Origin: an uncultured Nitrosomonadales bacterium
GTDB taxonomy: Bacteria; Pseudomonadota; Gammaproteobacteria; Burkholderiales; Gallionellaceae
Length of the DNA stretch: 64,000 nucleotides
Direction: 5' to 3'
NCBI GenBank assembly: GCA_903878125.1
Contig: CAIRGS010000153.1
Span: forward strand, 181-64,180
The stretch's first letter is position 1, and every line of letters begins with the position of its first letter. A program made the translations under genes and the position numbers. A model generated the notes under the pieces. The model did not search any database. It had not been told where the DNA came from and worked only from the letters and a program-made list of their open reading frames with translations. Positions 59,297 through 64,000 of the stretch are shown in pieces.

Positions 59297-62200
59297 TTGG
59301 CTGTACTTAATTTTCCCATGCTGTTTTCTTCCTCTCACCCCCGCCCACGTTATACCCATCTGTACGGTTCGTCCGATGCCTTGGCTTTGGCGCAATATGC
59401 CGGACTACATGTGCCGCTGGTGGTAATTGCTGCCAGCGCGCTTGAAGCTCAACGGCTGGTGGAAGAAATTCCATTTTTTTCACCGGGATTGCGTGTACAT
59501 CTACTGCCGGATTGGGAAACGCTGCCTTATGATCACTTCTCGCCACATCAGGACCTAATCTCTGAGCGACTGGCTACGCTGCATCACATTCGTAGCCAGT
59601 CATGTGATGTGATCGTCGTCCCGATAACTACTACGCTATATCCGTTGTCACCAGTGGAGTATCTGGCTGCGTTCACCTTTTTTCTTAAGTGCGGCGAAAA
59701 ACTGGACATCGCCAAATTGCGTGAACAAATGACATTGGCCGGTTATACCCATGTTCAGCAAGTGCTGACACCGGGCGAGTACTGCGTGCGTGGTGGTTTG
59801 ATTGACCTTTTTCCGATGGGCAGTAGTGTGCCTTACCGTATCGACCTGTTCGATGATGAAATTGATTCTATCGCGACCTTCGATGTGGATACCCAGCGCA
59901 CCATCTATCCGGTGCGGGATATTCGTCTGTTACCGGCACGCGAGTTTCCACTGGATGAGGCCGGACAGGCGCGTTTTCGTCAAAATTTCCGCGATCGTTT
60001 CGAAGGCGATCCATCCAAAGCAAGTATTTACAAAGGCGTGAGCCGTGGTATCGCGCCCGCAGGCATCGAGTATTACCTGCCATTGTTTTTCGAGCGTACT
60101 GCCACGTTGTTTGATTATTTGCCTGCGCATGCCACGCTGTGCATGCACCACAATGTGGATGCTGCCATTGCCACTTTTGCGAAGGATGCGCAGTCGCGCT
60201 ACAACTTGCTTCGGGGTGACCCGCAACGTCCTTTGCTGGAACCGCACGAACTGTTTCTGAACGCAGAAAGTTTCTTTGTTGCTGCGAAAAATTTCAAACG
60301 TGTCGACCTTATCGCAGATATCCCCTCTTCCACCCTGATTGACCATTCCGATGAAATAGAAAGCGCCGGAGAGACTCCCCCTGCGGCTTTCCAAGAGGAA
60401 CGAACATCTAAAACCCATACTCCTTGCGCTACCAAGAAATTGCCCGACATCGCGGTAAATCGGCGTGCCGATATTCCAACACTCGCGCTCCAATGCTTTC
60501 TGCAAGATTATGCGGGCCGGGTGTTGTTACTTGCCGACAGTTTGGGACGGCGCGAAATAATGGCCGAGTATTTGCGCGAATACGGCCTGGTACCTGCGCT
60601 GTGTGAGAACTATGGGCAATTTCTCGCCGGTGACGATCACTTCATGCTTGCCGTTGGAGCGCTACAGAATGGTTTCATATTGCACGATGAGCAATTGGCA
60701 ATCATTACCGAAAGTGAGCTGTATGCCGCGCAGCCACGCAGCCGAATTGCGCGCGCCACCAAGAAAAGCAACGTGGAAGGGATGCTGCGCGACCTGTCTG
60801 AGCTCAAGCCGGGCGACCCTGTGGTGCATGAACAGCACGGCATCGCGCGTTATCATGGCCTGATAAACCTTGACCTCGGTGAAGGCGAGAACGAATTTTT
60901 GTTTCTGGAGTATGCCGGTGGAGACAAGTTGTATGTTCCAGTGGCACAGCTGCATGTAATCAGCCGTTACAGTGGCGGAGCCCCGGAAACCGCACCGTTG
61001 CACAAGCTGGGCAGCGGCACTTGGGACAAAGCCAAACGTCGCGCCATGCAGCAGGTGCGTGACACCGCTGCCGAATTGCTCAATCTGTATGCCCAGCGCG
61101 CTACGCGCAAAGGTCACCAATTCAAACTGTCGCAACATGATTACGAAGCGTTCGCCGTCGGCTTTGGTTTTGAAGAAACACCGGACCAGGCCGCCGCCAT
61201 TAAGGCGGTGGTTACTGATCTGCAGAGCGGGAAACCTATGGATCGGCTAATCTGCGGCGATGTGGGTTTTGGTAAAACGGAAGTCGCTTTGCGCGCAGCC
61301 TTTATTGCGGCGATGGATGGTAAACAAGTCGCCGTGCTGGTACCCACCACGTTGCTCACTGAACAACATTTCCAGAACTTCTGCAATCGTTTTGCCGACT
61401 GGCCTATCAAAATAGGCGAACTGTCGCGCTTCCGCTCTGCCAAGGAACAGACTCAAACGCTGAAAGACATGGAAGATGGCAAGCTTGACATTATCATCGG
61501 TACGCACAAGCTGATCCAGAAGGGTATTAAATTCAAAAATCTGGGGTTGATCATCATCGACGAGGAACACCGTTTCGGCGTACAGCAGAAAGAGCGCCTC
61601 AAGGCGCTACGCGCCGAAGTTGACGTACTCACCCTGACTGCCACGCCGATCCCGCGCACGCTGGCAATGTCTTTGGAAGGACTGCGCGATTTCTCTGTGA
61701 TTGCCACGGCACCGCAGCGCCGCCTGTCAATCAAGACCTTCGTTAGCGACTACAGCCAGGGCATCATCCGTGAAGCGGTGCTGCGCGAATTGAAGCGCGG
61801 CGGGCAAGTCTATTTCCTGCACAATGAAGTAGCCACCATTGCCAATATGGCGGAAAAGCTGGGAACCTTACTGCCTGAAGCACGTATCCGCGTGGCGCAC
61901 GGCCAGATGGGAGAGCGCGACTTGGAAGCAGTCATGCGTGATTTTTACCAGCAGCGCTTCAATGTGCTGCTATGCTCCACCATCATTGAAACCGGCATCG
62001 ACATACCCAGTGCCAATACTATTATCATGAACCGCGCGGACCGCTTTGGGTTGGCTCAGCTACATCAATTGCGCGGCCGAGTTGGGCGCTCGCACCACCA
62101 AGCGTATGCCTATTTATTGGTAGACAATATGGAAGGACTTACCGCGCAGGCGAAGAAAAGATTGGAAGCAATCCAAGCCATGGAGCAACTGGGAAGCGGT

Positions 62201-62803
62201 TTCTATCTTGCGATGCATGATCTGGAAATTCGCGGCGCGGGCGAAGTGCTGGGCGAATCACAAAGCGGCGAGATGCACGAGATTGGCTTTTCGCTCTACA
62301 CGGACATGCTCAACGCGGCCATTACCTCGCTAAGGCTGGGCCATGAGCCGGACATGGCGCACCCGCTTGGGGTCACCACCGAGATTAACCTGCATACCCC
62401 CGCCTTGCTGCCCAGCGATTACTGCGGCGACATCCACCAGCGATTGGTGCTGTACAAACGTCTGGCTAACTGCACCACAGCAGAGGAACTGGACGACATG
62501 CATCGGGAGCTGATAGACCGCTTCGGTCTGCTGCCGCCGCCTGCCCAAACATTGATTGATTGTCACCGTCTGCGCATTGCTGCCAAGCAACTCGGCATTA
62601 TCAAGGTGGATGCTTCCGGCGAGGCGATTCAAATTCAGTTCATGCCAAACCCGCCCATCGATCCGATGCGCATCATCACGCTCATCCAGAGCAAGCGCCA
62701 GTACAAACTGAGTGGTCAGGACAAACTGAGAATTGAATTAAAATATAGCGATGTCGGCCAGCGTGTGTTGGCGATAAAGAATTTTTTTAATGAGCTATCG
62801 TGA
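59297..62803 (+). CDS. mfd: transcription-repair coupling factor Mfd
   Basis: About 1160 aa. UvrB-homology N-terminus, CarD/RID (...HGIARYHGL...), SF2 helicase motifs (GDVGFGKTEV, DEEHRFG), and TRG and C-terminal domains. The start is TTG 59297 or ATG 59318. Confidence 0.93.
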   Translation: MAVLNFPMLFSSSHPRPRYTHLYGSSDALALAQYAGLHVPLVVIAASALEAQRLVEEIPFFSPGLRVHLLPDWETLPYDHFSPHQDLISERLATLHHIRSQSCDVIVVPITTTLYPLSPVEYLAAFTFFLKCGEKLDIAKLREQMTLAGYTHVQQVLTPGEYCVRGGLIDLFPMGSSVPYRIDLFDDEIDSIATFDVDTQRTIYPVRDIRLLPAREFPLDEAGQARFRQNFRDRFEGDPSKASIYKGVSRGIAPAGIEYYLPLFFERTATLFDYLPAHATLCMHHNVDAAIATFAKDAQSRYNLLRGDPQRPLLEPHELFLNAESFFVAAKNFKRVDLIADIPSSTLIDHSDEIESAGETPPAAFQEERTSKTHTPCATKKLPDIAVNRRADIPTLALQCFLQDYAGRVLLLADSLGRREIMAEYLREYGLVPALCENYGQFLAGDDHFMLAVGALQNGFILHDEQLAIITESELYAAQPRSRIARATKKSNVEGMLRDLSELKPGDPVVHEQHGIARYHGLINLDLGEGENEFLFLEYAGGDKLYVPVAQLHVISRYSGGAPETAPLHKLGSGTWDKAKRRAMQQVRDTAAELLNLYAQRATRKGHQFKLSQHDYEAFAVGFGFEETPDQAAAIKAVVTDLQSGKPMDRLICGDVGFGKTEVALRAAFIAAMDGKQVAVLVPTTLLTEQHFQNFCNRFADWPIKIGELSRFRSAKEQTQTLKDMEDGKLDIIIGTHKLIQKGIKFKNLGLIIIDEEHRFGVQQKERLKALRAEVDVLTLTATPIPRTLAMSLEGLRDFSVIATAPQRRLSIKTFVSDYSQGIIREAVLRELKRGGQVYFLHNEVATIANMAEKLGTLLPEARIRVAHGQMGERDLEAVMRDFYQQRFNVLLCSTIIETGIDIPSANTIIMNRADRFGLAQLHQLRGRVGRSHHQAYAYLLVDNMEGLTAQAKKRLEAIQAMEQLGSGFYLAMHDLEIRGAGEVLGESQSGEMHEIGFSLYTDMLNAAITSLRLGHEPDMAHPLGVTTEINLHTPALLPSDYCGDIHQRLVLYKRLANCTTAEELDDMHRELIDRFGLLPPPAQTLIDCHRLRIAAKQLGIIKVDASGEAIQIQFMPNPPIDPMRIITLIQSKRQYKLSGQDKLRIELKYSDVGQRVLAIKNFFNELS

Positions 62804-62825
62804 ATCATTTAGCTTTGTTGCAACC

Positions 62826-62857
62826 CTTGTCATTCCCGCCTTCAAGAGAATGACAAG
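62826..62857 (+). terminator. 10-bp stem hairpin after mfd
   Basis: cttgtcattc-N12-gaatgacaag starts 23 nt after the mfd stop. The U-tract is weak, so terminator function is inferred. Confidence 0.4.
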
Positions 62858-62898
62858 CTGCCATTTCTCATCGCGCCCGAATAAAACTCTATAAGCAC

Positions 62899-63735
62899 AT
62901 GAACTTCATTATTCAAGGCATTCAAGATATTGACCCTGCCCATCTGAACCATCTTGCCGGGCTGACTACCGCATCCCGCATTGAACAGACCTCGGCACAC
63001 GCCTACCGACTATATGATGCCAAGCCGCATGATGCCGTTGCTGCCTATTGTCACGAACACCAACTCGACTACGGCTTTGTCCGCCCAAGCCAGCATTTAT
63101 CAGACTTTGGTCTGGTCGTGATGGACATGGATTCCACCCTCATCTCCATAGAATGTATCGACGAAATCGCCGATATGATCCACATTAAACCGCAGGTAGC
63201 GGCCATCACCGAAGCCGCGATGCGTGGCGAGATTGATTTCAGTGAGAGCCTGCGTCGCCGTGTGGCCTTGCTGGCCGGGCTGGAAGAAAGTGCATTGCAG
63301 CGTGTCTATGACGAACGCCTGCAACTCAATCGCGGTACCGAAATCATGCTGGCCAAACTGAAAGAACACGGTATCAAGACCATGCTGGTGTCAGGCGGCT
63401 TTGTCTTCTTCGCCGACCGCTTAAAACAACGCCTGGGTCTCGACTACGCGCATGCCAATACACTGGAAATCATTAACGGTAAACTGACTGGCAACGTACT
63501 CGGGCACATCCTCGACGCACAAGGGAAAGCTGATTGGTTGGTGCGTATCCGCGATGAATTGAAACTTAAGGCGGAACAGGTTATTGCTCTGGGCGATGGC
63601 GCCAACGATCTCAAGATGATGGCGCAAGCCGGCATCAGTATCGCATATCACGCCAAACCGGTGGTAATCGCGCAGGCCAGTTATGCATTTAACTTTGTGG
63701 GGCTGGATGGGTTAGTGAATTTGTTTACCGACTAA
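62899..63735 (+). CDS. serB: phosphoserine phosphatase
   Basis: 278 aa with HAD motifs VVMDMDSTLI (DxDST), VSGG and GDGANDL, plus an N-terminal ACT-like segment. Confidence 0.9.
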   Translation: MNFIIQGIQDIDPAHLNHLAGLTTASRIEQTSAHAYRLYDAKPHDAVAAYCHEHQLDYGFVRPSQHLSDFGLVVMDMDSTLISIECIDEIADMIHIKPQVAAITEAAMRGEIDFSESLRRRVALLAGLEESALQRVYDERLQLNRGTEIMLAKLKEHGIKTMLVSGGFVFFADRLKQRLGLDYAHANTLEIINGKLTGNVLGHILDAQGKADWLVRIRDELKLKAEQVIALGDGANDLKMMAQAGISIAYHAKPVVIAQASYAFNFVGLDGLVNLFTD

Positions 63736-63808
63736 GCTCAGCATCTCCTATTCAGCACGGGGCATAGACAGCACACTTTACAATTAGTCAGAAAAGAAAT
63801 CAGACGCC

Positions 63809-64000
63809 ATGGATTTTAAAGAATTTATCCTGTCTTTCAAGACACATTCTGCGCCCATTCCGTTCGCCGAAAAAATACGCAACGGCTTGATCGGCGGGGT
63901 CGCCATCCTGCTCTTGGGATTAGCGCTCAAATATCTGCCGCAGGTCAACTATCCATTGATCATGCTGGGTTCGATCGCTGCCTCTGCGGTGCTTCTCTTT
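63809..64000 (+). CDS. HPP-family membrane protein, N-terminal part (3' end outside the window)
   Basis: ATG 63809, open to the window edge: MDFKEFILSFKTHSAPIPFAEKIRNGLIGGVAILLLG...MLGSIAASAVLLF. The G-S-x-[GA]-ASAVL-[LV]-F block is typical of HPP proteins. Not in the ORF track because no stop is reached. Confidence 0.45.
   Translation, partial: MDFKEFILSFKTHSAPIPFAEKIRNGLIGGVAILLLGLALKYLPQVNYPLIMLGSIAASAVLLF

Overview
This is a chromosomal window from a Gram-negative bacterium with roughly balanced GC by eye. The synteny looks betaproteobacterial (inference): glyQS-gmhB-plsC, mreBCD-mrdA-rodA divergent from gatCAB, argS-SPOR-dsbA-SDR, and pilMNOPQ-aroKB. About 90 percent of the window is ordinary housekeeping. 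It includes glyQS, lptM-lysA, nsrR, trpGD, apaH, modE, rlpA, an RND efflux operon, the mre/mrd/rodA elongasome, gatCAB, a Lig E-type ATP-dependent ligase, argS, trxA-rho, clpB with a textbook sigma-32 promoter, pilMNOPQ, aroKB, dgt, mfd and serB. I saw no rRNA, tRNA, CRISPR array or intact mobile element. The unusual content is gene decay plus a few small accessory insertions. (1) The RND permease is split by a one-base loss in a homopolymer. (2) A tandem receiver-domain locus is interrupted in at least two places. (3) A trkA-trkH remnant carries a 5-nt duplication, five in-frame stops, several frameshifts and a large internal deletion. (4) An internally deleted IS3-family relic sits where pilM normally faces a conserved neighbour. 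(5) An orphan ABC/SMC-type ATPase lies between rho and clpB. (6) Two leaderless DUF1566 paralogs bracket that block. (7) An unrecognisable 136-aa ORF lies in AT-rich DNA. (8) A 141-bp MITE-like inverted-repeat element abuts modE. I did not find a convincing multi-gene novel system. The candidates are flagged with modest interest scores and explicit tests.
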